A stretch of DNA of 57,627 bases from the NCBI GenBank assembly GCA_019420405.1, contig JAHZHF010000001.1, forward strand, positions 1-57,627, given 5' to 3'. The notes under the pieces are model-generated. The model worked only from the letters and a program-made list of their open reading frames with translations, had not been told where the DNA came from and ran no database searches. Origin of the DNA: Clostridiales bacterium (GTDB taxonomy: Bacteria; Bacillota; Clostridia; Lachnospirales; Lachnospiraceae). Below, in pieces: positions 19,748-29,014 of this stretch; the first letter of the stretch is position 1, and every line of letters starts with the position of its first letter. Position numbers and translations under genes: made by a program.

Positions 19748-21172
19748 TCAGAAAGCGGCCTCCTGATTTCCCTTTGCTTCTTCTCTTGCCTTTAATCCAG
19801 CAACGACTTCTGCGTATTTATCTTCTGTAAGCGGATAGAAGAATGTCAGAATCGCCTGGAACAGTGCGAGAAGACATGGGATCAGCGAGAAGGTCCATTT
19901 CAGTCCTTCAATGGCAAGACTGGTCTGGAATCCGCCGACCCCGGCCTCGGTGTTAAGCCCGGTAATGAGCATGACTGCAGTCATAACCATGGTTCCGATA
20001 GCAGGGCCTGCCTTGGTGGAAAAGCTGTCCGCCGCGAATCCAAGACCGTCGAGACGGATATTATAATGGAGGTCAGTCCACTCCAGCGTGTTGGCAAGCA
20101 TTGCCCTTAAGGCAACGTTCGGAAGACCGATAAAGAAGTTCCTGCAGATATATGTTACCAGGATGACGGTCTGGTCAAAAGAAAAGAAATAACCTACCAG
20201 TGAACTGACCGCCACTCCGAAAAAGCATGTGCCAAGCGTCTTCTTATAACCGAAACGGGCAACAATCTTATCAGAAAATGGCAGTATAACCAATCCGGCA
20301 ACCATAGACAGGGTAGAGTAGATCGCGCTTTCCGCCTCGGGAACCTTAAACACATAGATGAAATAGTAAGGGATTGTACTCTGCGCGATTGCGTTGGATA
20401 CATATCCGGCCAGTGTTACGAAAAAGATGATAACCCAGGCCTTGTTCTTTGTAAGGCAGAGAAGCTCTTTAAAAAAGCTGTGTTCCTTTGATTTATTCTT
20501 CGAAAAGATTTCAATCTCAGTTTTCGTATATTTCCCCTCATCGAGTTCATGGACATTTTTATATAGAAGAGAGAAAAGCGTAAACGCGATCACTGCATAG
20601 ATTGCAGCTACAATGGTGTATCCGAGGGCTTTGGAACCGACGATGCCTTCGAATATGTCGATCAGCGGGAGCGCGCTGATGGAGAGCAGAATGATCCCGG
20701 AGAAAGCCCCGAACATCCTCCACTGTGACAGCTTGATACGGCCGTCGGAATCTTTCGTAATTAACGGGATCAGGGAACCGTAGGGAAGATTTACGGTCGT
20801 ATAGAACAGCACGAAAAACGCATAGCCGATGCCGACCCACAGGATCTTTCCCATCGAGGAAAGAGAAGTGGGACATGCGAAAATAAATACATAAGAGAAA
20901 ACACAGGGGATGATAAACCATTTGATCCAGGGTTTGGCCTTTCCGTCTTTATGTTTTGTACGGTCTACGAGAGCACCGACAGCGATATCATTGATCGCGT
21001 CCCAGATACGGCATACAAACACGATCCCGCCTGCGGCTGCCAGGGATATTCCCAGTATATTCGTGCAGTAAAACATGAAATACATACTGATTAGATAGTA
21101 CATAAGACATGAACCGAAATCACCGCCGGCATAGAAGAAGATGGTTTTGAAGTTTATTTTTTTGGATTCCAT
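19748..21172 (-). CDS. glycoside-pentoside-hexuronide (GPH):cation symporter, MFS
   Basis: YAGGDFG, RIWDAINDIAVGALVDRT, GKAKPW, NLPYGSL, FYPLT; about 12 TM helices. Confidence 0.92.
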   Translation of the reverse strand: MESKKINFKTIFFYAGGDFGSCLMYYLISMYFMFYCTNILGISLAAAGGIVFVCRIWDAINDIAVGALVDRTKHKDGKAKPWIKWFIIPCVFSYVFIFACPTSLSSMGKILWVGIGYAFFVLFYTTVNLPYGSLIPLITKDSDGRIKLSQWRMFGAFSGIILLSISALPLIDIFEGIVGSKALGYTIVAAIYAVIAFTLFSLLYKNVHELDEGKYTKTEIEIFSKNKSKEHSFFKELLCLTKNKAWVIIFFVTLAGYVSNAIAQSTIPYYFIYVFKVPEAESAIYSTLSMVAGLVILPFSDKIVARFGYKKTLGTCFFGVAVSSLVGYFFSFDQTVILVTYICRNFFIGLPNVALRAMLANTLEWTDLHYNIRLDGLGFAADSFSTKAGPAIGTMVMTAVMLITGLNTEAGVGGFQTSLAIEGLKWTFSLIPCLLALFQAILTFFYPLTEDKYAEVVAGLKAREEAKGNQEAAF

Positions 21173-21209
21173 TCTTTACCCTCCTTTTACAAAACTGTTG
21201 TATTAAATG

Positions 21210-21433
21210 AATTAAAATTAATTGATTTAATCTAATTTAGTCATAAATGAAAAGAAAAGTCAAGAGAGATGTATATTTTCATGAAAAGTAACAAAAATTA
21301 ATTAGGCGCATTGCCCAAAATAAGAGACTTAAAACAATATAATAAGCTGATAAAATTTATTTTTTGAATTTTATTTGACAAATTTTGAAATGGATGATAG
21401 GATAAACTCAGAAATTAAAATTAATTGATTTAA
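21210..21433. repeat. exact 21-bp direct repeat AATTAAAATTAATTGATTTAA (21210-21230 and 21413-21433), candidate ROK operator
   Basis: Two identical copies read directly; related copies at about 22800-22822 and 22854-22872. Confidence 0.7.
21375..21403 (+). promoter_or_regulatory. near-consensus sigma-A promoter with no downstream same-strand gene
   Basis: TTGACA-17 bp-TAGGAT with extended TG. Confidence 0.55.
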
Positions 21434-21449
21434 AATTAAGAAAATTAAA

Positions 21450-21480
21450 TTTATCCTGCGGCTGTCGGACGCAGGATAAA
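21450..21480 (-). terminator. hairpin after the second ROK gene
   Basis: TTTATCCTGCG-gctgtcgga-CGCAGGATAAA. Confidence 0.6.
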
Positions 21481-21494
21481 AAGAAGAAAGGGGA

Positions 21495-22757
21495 CTAGCG
21501 GGGCGAGAACTTTTCCAGCCAGTCAATGCTCTGAAGGACCTTGTTCGTAGCGAATTTGCTCGCTCCTAAGATAGTGTAGTCGTTCTTCGTCTCCCGAGCG
21601 AGATACAGACGTTCGATCTGTGGGAAGTAATGGTTGCTCTGAGAGAAGGGCAGATGAGAGCGGGTGGCTTCGATCACCATATGATGAAAACTTTCGTTGG
21701 AGGGGATTTCATCGCCCACAAAGATCCTGTGGGGGTGCAGGGTGATGATCAGCTGGGCGAGGACAGAGCCGATCACATCGGCCATATACTCAAATAGCTC
21801 AGCGGCGACAGTATCACCTTCATAAAAGGTTTCTAGAAGATTCCGGAAAGACAGATGTTCGCTGTCGTACCGGTTGATGAGCGAATCCGGATGTAGCTGG
21901 GCGAGGCGCTTTGCCTTGAGCAGGATATTGGAAGTTGAGACAGCGTCCCAGAGGGCGAGACGGGTCCCGTCCCGGTCGGTGACCATAGTAGAGCCATAGG
22001 AACCCGGGATACATACATTTCCCCTCAGAATTGAACGATTCTCGATGATCGAGAGATCGACATCGTAACTGATGTTCAGATGCACAACTGTCTCATTGTA
22101 CAGATAATTGTAGGCACGGCTACAGGAAATATAGTAAAGGCCGAAGTTGGCGGCGGAATCATAGTATACCGGCAGCCGAAACGCCTTGAAGAGAAATTCG
22201 GCCAGGTCAAGGGAATTGCCCTGCTTTTCCATGATGATGCATTCAGTGGATGTCAGGAAGAAGTGGCCGAGCAGCGACATACTGATCGCGATAGGCTCGA
22301 GTCCTTTTGAAGTTCCATAGTCAATATACTGCTGAACATACCGGGAGAGCTCATCCAGCGTCCTGTGCACGTTGAGGAAGGTATCCCAGTACACCTTTTG
22401 GATTTCAATGCAGTCAGAGTTGATATCAAAGATCCCGACTGCGAAGTACTGGGGTGTGATGCGCAGGCCAATGGAGAAGAAACGGTCGGGGACGATGGAC
22501 AGACCGACCATCCGCCTCCCATGGGAGCCTTCCACAAGGCCGTTTTCGATGATCAGGCCGCTTTCGAGAAGGTCGTGGGTGATATTTGTGATGCTTGCCT
22601 GTGTCAGTCCGGTATAGTCGGCCAGTGTTTTGCGGGAGATGACTTTGCTGTCTTTTATCACGCGCAGGACCAGTGTCTTGCTGCTGTTGAGGGCAGTAGA
22701 GTGGGACTTCATTTTCGGCAGACAATAGCTTGATAAAGGGGGATTGGCTTCAATCAT
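21495..22757 (-). CDS. ROK family transcriptional repressor (cluster 2)
   Basis: wHTH ISRKTLADYTGLTQASITNITHDLL, GRR. Shares motifs with 7267-8517 (LRIT..YFA...FDINS.CI, PH.I.VGDEIP). Confidence 0.87.
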   Translation of the reverse strand: MIEANPPLSSYCLPKMKSHSTALNSSKTLVLRVIKDSKVISRKTLADYTGLTQASITNITHDLLESGLIIENGLVEGSHGRRMVGLSIVPDRFFSIGLRITPQYFAVGIFDINSDCIEIQKVYWDTFLNVHRTLDELSRYVQQYIDYGTSKGLEPIAISMSLLGHFFLTSTECIIMEKQGNSLDLAEFLFKAFRLPVYYDSAANFGLYYISCSRAYNYLYNETVVHLNISYDVDLSIIENRSILRGNVCIPGSYGSTMVTDRDGTRLALWDAVSTSNILLKAKRLAQLHPDSLINRYDSEHLSFRNLLETFYEGDTVAAELFEYMADVIGSVLAQLIITLHPHRIFVGDEIPSNESFHHMVIEATRSHLPFSQSNHYFPQIERLYLARETKNDYTILGASKFATNKVLQSIDWLEKFSPR

Positions 22758-22954
22758 AATACGTTACCTCCGGTTTGGATATGAGAATATCCGAAATAGT
22801 AAAATTAATCGATTTTAATTTATCAGGTAACGGGCAGTGTGTCAAATATTTTTGTAAATTTAGTTGATTTAGAGGGCAACTGTCCGACCGCGGCAGGCGT
22901 GTTTCTGACACGGCGCGGATGGGACTGCTGCTGTGTGAAGGAGGATGAGACGAT

Positions 22955-23995
22955 ATGAAAAACCAGATCGCATATTTGACAGAACCCGGGAAATTTGAGA
23001 TCAGGGACAGTGAGATGCCCGTCTGCGGTGACGATGACGTTATCGTGGAGATCCGGCATATGGGGATCTGCGGCTCTGACGTTATGTTTTATGAGGATCC
23101 CACCGTCGGAGGTGCGCTAGACGTGCAACTTCCCGTTGTGCTGGGGCACGAATGTGCGGGGATTGTAACAGAGACAGGGAAAAATGTGGAAAACCTGCAC
23201 CCGGGCGACAGAGTTGCGCTGGAGCCGGGCATACCGTGCATGAAATGCGAATACTGCCTGAGCGGGAAATACAATCTGTGTCCGGATGTGGATTTTATGG
23301 CCGCGCCGCCGTTCCACCGGGGCGCCCTACAAAGATATGTCAGTCATCCGGCTGCCTTTACATTCCCCATTCCAAAGGAGATGGATACGGTTGAAGGGGC
23401 GATGATAGAGCCTCTTGCCGTGGGAGTCCATGCCGCCGGCCGGGGAGGCGCGGAGCCAGGAATGTCCGTGATGATCCTCGGGGCGGGGTGCATCGGTCTT
23501 ATGACGCTGCTTGCATGCAGGAACAGAGGAGTCACGGACATAACTGTAGCGGATCTGTATGACAACCGCCTGAAGACTGCTCTGGAGCTTGGGGCGTCAA
23601 GGGTGATCAACGCGAAGGAGAAGGATACGGTAAAGGAGATGATGACAGCGACCGGCGGGGCGGGCAGCGATATTGTCTTTGAAACCGCAGGAAGCGCCTA
23701 TACGGCGCAGCAGATCCCCAGCCTCGTGAAAGTAGGAGGGCGTGGGGTGGTCGTGGGAAATGTCCATGGCCGGCCGGAGATGGATCTCTTCATGATGAAC
23801 AACAAAGAAGCGGATCTTCTGGCAGTATTCCGCTACCGCAACATCTTCCCGATTGCGATCGAAAGTGTGGCTTCTGGGAATATACCGGTCAGGAAAGTCG
23901 CAACGGATTTCTTTCGGTTTGACCAGGTGAATGAGGCGTTTGAGTGCGCCTCAAAAAATAAACAGAATGCGTTAAAAGTAATAATTGAATTTTAG
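22955..23995 (+). CDS. Zn-dependent polyol dehydrogenase (YdjJ-like), paralog of 10529-11572
   Basis: GICGSDV, LPVVLGHECAG, CPDVDFMAAPPF, GAGCIG, VFRYRN. Confidence 0.9.
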   Translation: MKNQIAYLTEPGKFEIRDSEMPVCGDDDVIVEIRHMGICGSDVMFYEDPTVGGALDVQLPVVLGHECAGIVTETGKNVENLHPGDRVALEPGIPCMKCEYCLSGKYNLCPDVDFMAAPPFHRGALQRYVSHPAAFTFPIPKEMDTVEGAMIEPLAVGVHAAGRGGAEPGMSVMILGAGCIGLMTLLACRNRGVTDITVADLYDNRLKTALELGASRVINAKEKDTVKEMMTATGGAGSDIVFETAGSAYTAQQIPSLVKVGGRGVVVGNVHGRPEMDLFMMNNKEADLLAVFRYRNIFPIAIESVASGNIPVRKVATDFFRFDQVNEAFECASKNKQNALKVIIEF

Positions 23996-24006
23996 GAGGA
24001 AAGATT

Positions 24007-24843
24007 ATGTCGTTAGTTACTTTAAATGAAATTTTAGCGCCTGCCAGGGAGCAGAACTATGGAGTGGGCGCTTATGATTATACGAATCTGGTTATGCTCC
24101 AGGGGATACTGGACGCCGCAGAGGAGTCGAATACGCCGGTGATCGCGCAGTTCCCTCACATTGAGGATGATGAGTTTGACAAAACAGTCAGCGCAGTCGC
24201 AGCGATGACGATCGCGATGGCAGAAGGGGCAAGTGTTCCGGTATGCCTGCACCTGGATCACGGGCGCACGGTGGAAGCCTGCAAAAGATGCGCAGATCTG
24301 GGATTTACCGGAGTGATGATAGACGCATCCATGCATCCGTATGAGGAGAATGTAGCGCTCACAAAAGAAGTAGTGGAGTACTGCAGGCCGCTGGGCGTCA
24401 GCGTGGAGGCGGAGATTGGGCATGTAGGCCAGGGAAGCGACATGTCGTCCTGCGCATATACAGATGTGGACGAGGCTATGCGGTTCGTGGAAGAAACCGG
24501 AGTAGACGCTCTGGCGGTTTCAATCGGCAATGCCCACGGAGCGTACAAGGCAGAGCCTAAGATTAACTATGAAGTACTGGGCCGGATAGAAGAAAAGGTA
24601 CCGGTTCCGCTTGTACTTCACGGCGGATCAGGGATTCCGGATACGGATTTCAAAAAGATCATTAAACACGGTATCGCCAAGATTAATATTTTTACTGAAC
24701 TGACGGAAATGTCAGCAGAAGAATTGCGGAAAATCCCGGCGGATAAACTTGACCTGTTTTCTTCTCTTGATGCGATCAGGACAGGATTTAAAAAGAAAAC
24801 GCTGGAGAAGATCGAACTGTTTGAAACAAAACCGGTCAGATAG
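24007..24843 (+). CDS. class II ketose-phosphate aldolase (YdjI-like)
   Basis: LHLDHG, VMIDAS, VEAEIGHVG, AVSIGNAHG, LVLHGGSG. Confidence 0.9.
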   Translation: MSLVTLNEILAPAREQNYGVGAYDYTNLVMLQGILDAAEESNTPVIAQFPHIEDDEFDKTVSAVAAMTIAMAEGASVPVCLHLDHGRTVEACKRCADLGFTGVMIDASMHPYEENVALTKEVVEYCRPLGVSVEAEIGHVGQGSDMSSCAYTDVDEAMRFVEETGVDALAVSIGNAHGAYKAEPKINYEVLGRIEEKVPVPLVLHGGSGIPDTDFKKIIKHGIAKINIFTELTEMSAEELRKIPADKLDLFSSLDAIRTGFKKKTLEKIELFETKPVR

Positions 24844-24882
24844 AAATGAAACTGATCGGCAGGAAAAGGAGATAAAGATAAA

Positions 24883-25821
24883 ATGAAGACAGATGTAATG
24901 TGCATCGGAATTTCATGCGCGGATGTCCTGATTCAGGGAGCGGATCTCTCCACACCATTTGAAAGTGAGAGCAAACCGGCGGAGAATGTGTCGATCTACG
25001 TGGGAGGCGACGCGGCAAACCAGGCGATCATCCTCTCGAGGATGGGCGTCAGCGTAAAGCTGGTGACAGGGATCGGGAAAGATCCTGTAGGCAGGCTGAT
25101 CCGAAATATATTTGACGAGGCCGGAGTCGGCACGGATGGAATCATATACGGCGGAAAGTCTGCGGTTAATGTCGTCGTGATCGCGGAAAATGGACAGCGC
25201 AATTTCATTAACAGCGGCCTTCCCGACAGCGTGCGGTTTACTCCTGATATCAATCAGATCAGGGACGCCGGGATTATTTCGATCGGCAGTATAGGGATGC
25301 CGCCGTTTACAGAGGCGGACAGCATAGAGAGAGTGGTGAAAAAGGCGAAGCAGGAAGGCGCGGTTGTATGCGCGGACGTGATCTATAATCCTGCGGGCTG
25401 CAGCCTGAAACAGATGGAAAAAGCTCTCGCTTGTGTGGACTATATGTTCCCGAACCGGGAAGAGGCAAGCCTTTTGACCGGGAAGACGGATCTCAACGAG
25501 ATCGCGGATGTGTTCCTGGGATACGGCGTGAAAAATATTCTGATCAAGATCGGGGAAGACGGGGTATTCGTCAAGAATAAAGACATGTGCAGAGCATTTC
25601 CGGCTATCGGCAGGAAGGTGGTAGATACGACCGGAGCGGGGGACAACTTCGCGGCAGGCTTTATCACCGGCCTGACGGAAGGTAAAGATCTGGAAGGCTG
25701 CGTGGAACTGGCGGCTGCAGCCGCTGGCGTGGCGATCCAGTACATCGGGGCGAATACCGGAGTGCAAAGCCGCGCGCAGGTGGAGAAACATCTGAAGGAC
25801 ATAAAGCGGGGACAGCAGTGA
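24883..25821 (+). CDS. PfkB family carbohydrate kinase (YdjH-like)
   Basis: GGDAANQA, VCADV, DYMFPNREE, DTTGAGDNFAAGF. Confidence 0.9.
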   Translation: MKTDVMCIGISCADVLIQGADLSTPFESESKPAENVSIYVGGDAANQAIILSRMGVSVKLVTGIGKDPVGRLIRNIFDEAGVGTDGIIYGGKSAVNVVVIAENGQRNFINSGLPDSVRFTPDINQIRDAGIISIGSIGMPPFTEADSIERVVKKAKQEGAVVCADVIYNPAGCSLKQMEKALACVDYMFPNREEASLLTGKTDLNEIADVFLGYGVKNILIKIGEDGVFVKNKDMCRAFPAIGRKVVDTTGAGDNFAAGFITGLTEGKDLEGCVELAAAAAGVAIQYIGANTGVQSRAQVEKHLKDIKRGQQ

Positions 25822-25847
25822 ATGACGATGAAAAACGAGGTGGACAA

Positions 25848-26249
25848 ATGGCGATAGAGAATATAAAAGGGATAGCCCATGTGGGATTTTTTGTAAAAGA
25901 TCTGGAGAGGACAAGGCAGTTTTACTGCGGAATCCTGGGATTTGAAGAGATCTTTGCCAGGTCGGAGGAGATGGAAAACGGCGGAAGAGTAGAGATCTCG
26001 TTCCTGCGGGCCGGGGATCTCACCCTCGAGGTGATCTGTGTGCCGGGGCTGTCCTATCCAGCGGACGGATGCTTCCAGCATCTGGCTCTCCGTGTGGAGA
26101 ATATCGAAGAGGCAAAGCAGAAGCTCGAGGATGCAGGGATAGAGACTGATGAGCTGGTATATTCAGCGGAAACGTTCGAGAATGGTTCGAAATGGGTGAA
26201 CTTTACAGGACCGGATGGAGAGCATCTGGAACTGAATGAAGTACTTTAG
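25848..26249 (+). CDS. VOC (glyoxalase-like) family protein
   Basis: IAHVGFFVKDLERTRQFYCGILGF, QHLALRVENIE, FTGPDGEHLEL. Start either ATG 25848 (GAGGTG RBS) or GTG 25818. Confidence 0.88.
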   Translation: MAIENIKGIAHVGFFVKDLERTRQFYCGILGFEEIFARSEEMENGGRVEISFLRAGDLTLEVICVPGLSYPADGCFQHLALRVENIEEAKQKLEDAGIETDELVYSAETFENGSKWVNFTGPDGEHLELNEVL

Positions 26250-26273
26250 AAACGAAAAAAGGAGGCAGCTATT

Positions 26274-27359
26274 ATGAAGACGATGAGAGCAATGGTAATC
26301 GGGTGCCCGGGGGGCGGGCGCGCGGCAACGAAGATCACAGACGTTCCGTATCCGGAATGCAGGGAAGACCAGATCATTATCAAGGTTATGGCGGCAAGCA
26401 TCTGCAAACATTGCGAAGAGTCATATGACCAGGGCGGCATGGGGCTGACGAAAGAAGATGATTATCCGATTACGCTGGGACATGAGTTTGCTGGGAAAGT
26501 AGTCGAGGTAGGCAGCAAAGTAAGGAACGTAAAAGTCGGGGACAGAGTGACAGTGGACAACACGGTGCTGTGCGGAGAGTGCTATTACTGCCAGAAGGAT
26601 CAGCCGGTCTACTGTGAAAACTTCGGGTCAATGGGGCATAACATCCACGGGGGCTTCGAACAGTATGTGGCGGCTCTGGGGGAAAAAGCCTTTGTGATTC
26701 CGGAGCATATATCGTATGAAGAAGCCGCGTGTACGGAGCCGGTGGCGTGCTGCATGCGTGCGGTGGACCGGGCTGAGATTAATTACGGAGATAATATCAT
26801 CGTGCTCGGCGCAGGCTCCATGGGGATGATCCTTGCCCAGCTCTGCAAAAACTCGAACGCGAATAAGGTTGTCGTCATGGCCTCAACAAAGAGCAAGCTC
26901 GATGTGATTGAGAGGGAGTTTGGGATCCGGACGATACTTGTAGACCGGAACAATCACTTGAAACATGAGCAGGAGATCAGCAAAATCTTCCCTCACGGGG
27001 CGAATATCGTAATAGACACAACTGGAAACAAGGATATGGCATGGAGTGGCGTACGTATGCTTGGCCGCGGCGGAAAGCTTGTATTCTACACGGTTGTGGA
27101 CGGATTTGAGGTGGAGGACGCGATGGAATGGTTTAATAAAGAGATCTCCCTTATTATGTCCTGGTGCCAGACGCATAATTATGGCCGCTGCCTGGATGCG
27201 ATCGAAAGCGGAGCGATCAATCTTAAACCGCTTATTACGCACGAATTCTCCCTTGAAGATTATTTTGAGGCTCTGGATACGAACCTGAAAGACAGAAATT
27301 CGATCAAAGTGCTGATTCATCCGCACTGGGAGAAAGGGAAAAAAGAGGTACATATTTAA
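26274..27359 (+). CDS. Zn-dependent alcohol/polyol dehydrogenase, tandem copy 1
   Basis: LGHEFAG, DNTVLCGECYYC, EPVACC, GAGSMG. Confidence 0.88.
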   Translation: MKTMRAMVIGCPGGGRAATKITDVPYPECREDQIIIKVMAASICKHCEESYDQGGMGLTKEDDYPITLGHEFAGKVVEVGSKVRNVKVGDRVTVDNTVLCGECYYCQKDQPVYCENFGSMGHNIHGGFEQYVAALGEKAFVIPEHISYEEAACTEPVACCMRAVDRAEINYGDNIIVLGAGSMGMILAQLCKNSNANKVVVMASTKSKLDVIEREFGIRTILVDRNNHLKHEQEISKIFPHGANIVIDTTGNKDMAWSGVRMLGRGGKLVFYTVVDGFEVEDAMEWFNKEISLIMSWCQTHNYGRCLDAIESGAINLKPLITHEFSLEDYFEALDTNLKDRNSIKVLIHPHWEKGKKEVHI

Positions 27360-27393
27360 AGACAAAAAAACAGAAAGTCAGGAGGGACGAGTT

Positions 27394-28482
27394 ATGAGTG
27401 AAACAATGCGCGCAATGATAATTGAAACCCCAGGCGGCGGAAGAAACGCGACAAAGATCATAGATACAGAGATACCGGAGATCAATTCCAGACAGATCCT
27501 GGTAAAAGTCATGACGGCAAGCATCTGCAAACACTGCGAGCAGATGTACGATGAAGGCGGTATGGGCATGACGGAGGAGAAAGATTATCCGATCACCCTA
27601 GGACATGAATTTGCGGGCGAAGTAGTCCGGGCCGGATCGGATGTGCACAATGTAAAAGTCGGAGACAGGGTGACAGTGGACAATACCGTGCTGTGCGGAG
27701 AGTGCTATTACTGTCAGAAGGATCAGCCTCTTTACTGTGAGCATTTCGGATCTATGGGGCACAACATCCACGGGGGCTTTGAACAGTATGTGGCGGCTCT
27801 TGGGGAAAAGGCTTTTATCATCCCGGAACACATCTCATATGAAGAAGCCGCATGTACGGAGCCGGTAGCGTGCTGTATGCGTGCAGTTGACCGGATGAAC
27901 ATTACATATGGGGATAACATTGTCGTCATGGGCGCGGGTTCCATGGGAATGATCCTTGCCCAGCTATGCAAACATTCGAACGCGAATCAGGTAGTAGTGA
28001 TGGCGTCTACACAGAGCAAGCTGGATACGATAGAGCGGGAATTCGGGATCCCCACAATCCTGGTAAACCGCGATGACCATTCTGCACATGAGAAGAAAAT
28101 CAGGGAGCTCTTCCCCCATGGCGCTGATATTGTAGTAGATACTACGGGATCTCCGCAGATGAACAACAGCGGACTGCGTATGCTCGGGAAAGGCGGAAAG
28201 TTGATCCAGTACACCTGGGTGCCGGGTTTTCAGATAGAGGATGCCTGGATGTTCGCGTCGAAAGAGCTTTCTGTCCTCGTGTCCTGGTGCCAGACGCATA
28301 ATTACGGCCGGTGCCTGGACGCGATCGCGGGCGGAAAGGTGAACTTAAAACCGCTGATCACGCACGAATTCTCCCTGGAGGATTATCTGGAGGCTCTGGA
28401 TACGAATCTGAAAGACAGAAACTCAATCAAAGTCCTGATCCATCCGCAGTGGAAAAAGGGCGAAAAAAAAGTACATATATAA
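27394..28482 (+). CDS. Zn-dependent alcohol/polyol dehydrogenase, tandem copy 2
   Basis: Same motifs, with long identical stretches shared with 26274-27359. Confidence 0.88.
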   Translation: MSETMRAMIIETPGGGRNATKIIDTEIPEINSRQILVKVMTASICKHCEQMYDEGGMGMTEEKDYPITLGHEFAGEVVRAGSDVHNVKVGDRVTVDNTVLCGECYYCQKDQPLYCEHFGSMGHNIHGGFEQYVAALGEKAFIIPEHISYEEAACTEPVACCMRAVDRMNITYGDNIVVMGAGSMGMILAQLCKHSNANQVVVMASTQSKLDTIEREFGIPTILVNRDDHSAHEKKIRELFPHGADIVVDTTGSPQMNNSGLRMLGKGGKLIQYTWVPGFQIEDAWMFASKELSVLVSWCQTHNYGRCLDAIAGGKVNLKPLITHEFSLEDYLEALDTNLKDRNSIKVLIHPQWKKGEKKVHI

Positions 28483-28564
28483 TTATAATTTCGGCGGCAG
28501 CAGGCCCGGCGGACTGCCGGGCGAGAAAAAGCTGCCAGGTAGAAATAAAAGGAAGGGACAGATT

Positions 28565-28999
28565 ATGAAAAAAAGAGGCATACTCAACGCAAAGCTTATA
28601 GAAGAGCTTACGAAACTGAGACATACAGACAAAATGGTTATCTGTGATGCAGGATTTCCGATTCCGGAGAATGCGGCGGTGGCGGATGTGTCGCTTGTTG
28701 CCGGAGTCCCGACGGTTCTCCAGGTACTTCAGGCAGTGCTCAATGAGATCATCGTAGAAGAATACGCAGTTTTTGACAATATGAAGGACGTCAACAGAGA
28801 ATATTATGATTTTATCAGGAGTCATTTTAAAGAGGGCCATAAGTCATCGGAAATATCTATGGAAGAGTTCCGGAAGATGGCGGCGGACGCAAAACTCTAT
28901 GTGCGTACAGGGGATCTTGCGCCGTGCGCCAACATCCTGCTGGTGTCCGCTTCTGGAGTAGGAGTTTTGTGCGATCCGCTGGACGTCTGCTTTGAGTAA
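28565..28999 (+). CDS. RbsD/FucU family sugar pyranase/mutarotase
   Basis: MKKRGILN, LRHTDKMVICDAGFPIP, VRTGDLAPCANILL. Confidence 0.88.
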   Translation: MKKRGILNAKLIEELTKLRHTDKMVICDAGFPIPENAAVADVSLVAGVPTVLQVLQAVLNEIIVEEYAVFDNMKDVNREYYDFIRSHFKEGHKSSEISMEEFRKMAADAKLYVRTGDLAPCANILLVSASGVGVLCDPLDVCFE

Positions 29000-29014
29000 T
29001 GGAGGAGAAATGAG

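Noticed and set aside
24913..26081. Minus-strand ORFs of 333 and 213 aa
   Set aside because: Antisense to the well-supported kinase and VOC genes.
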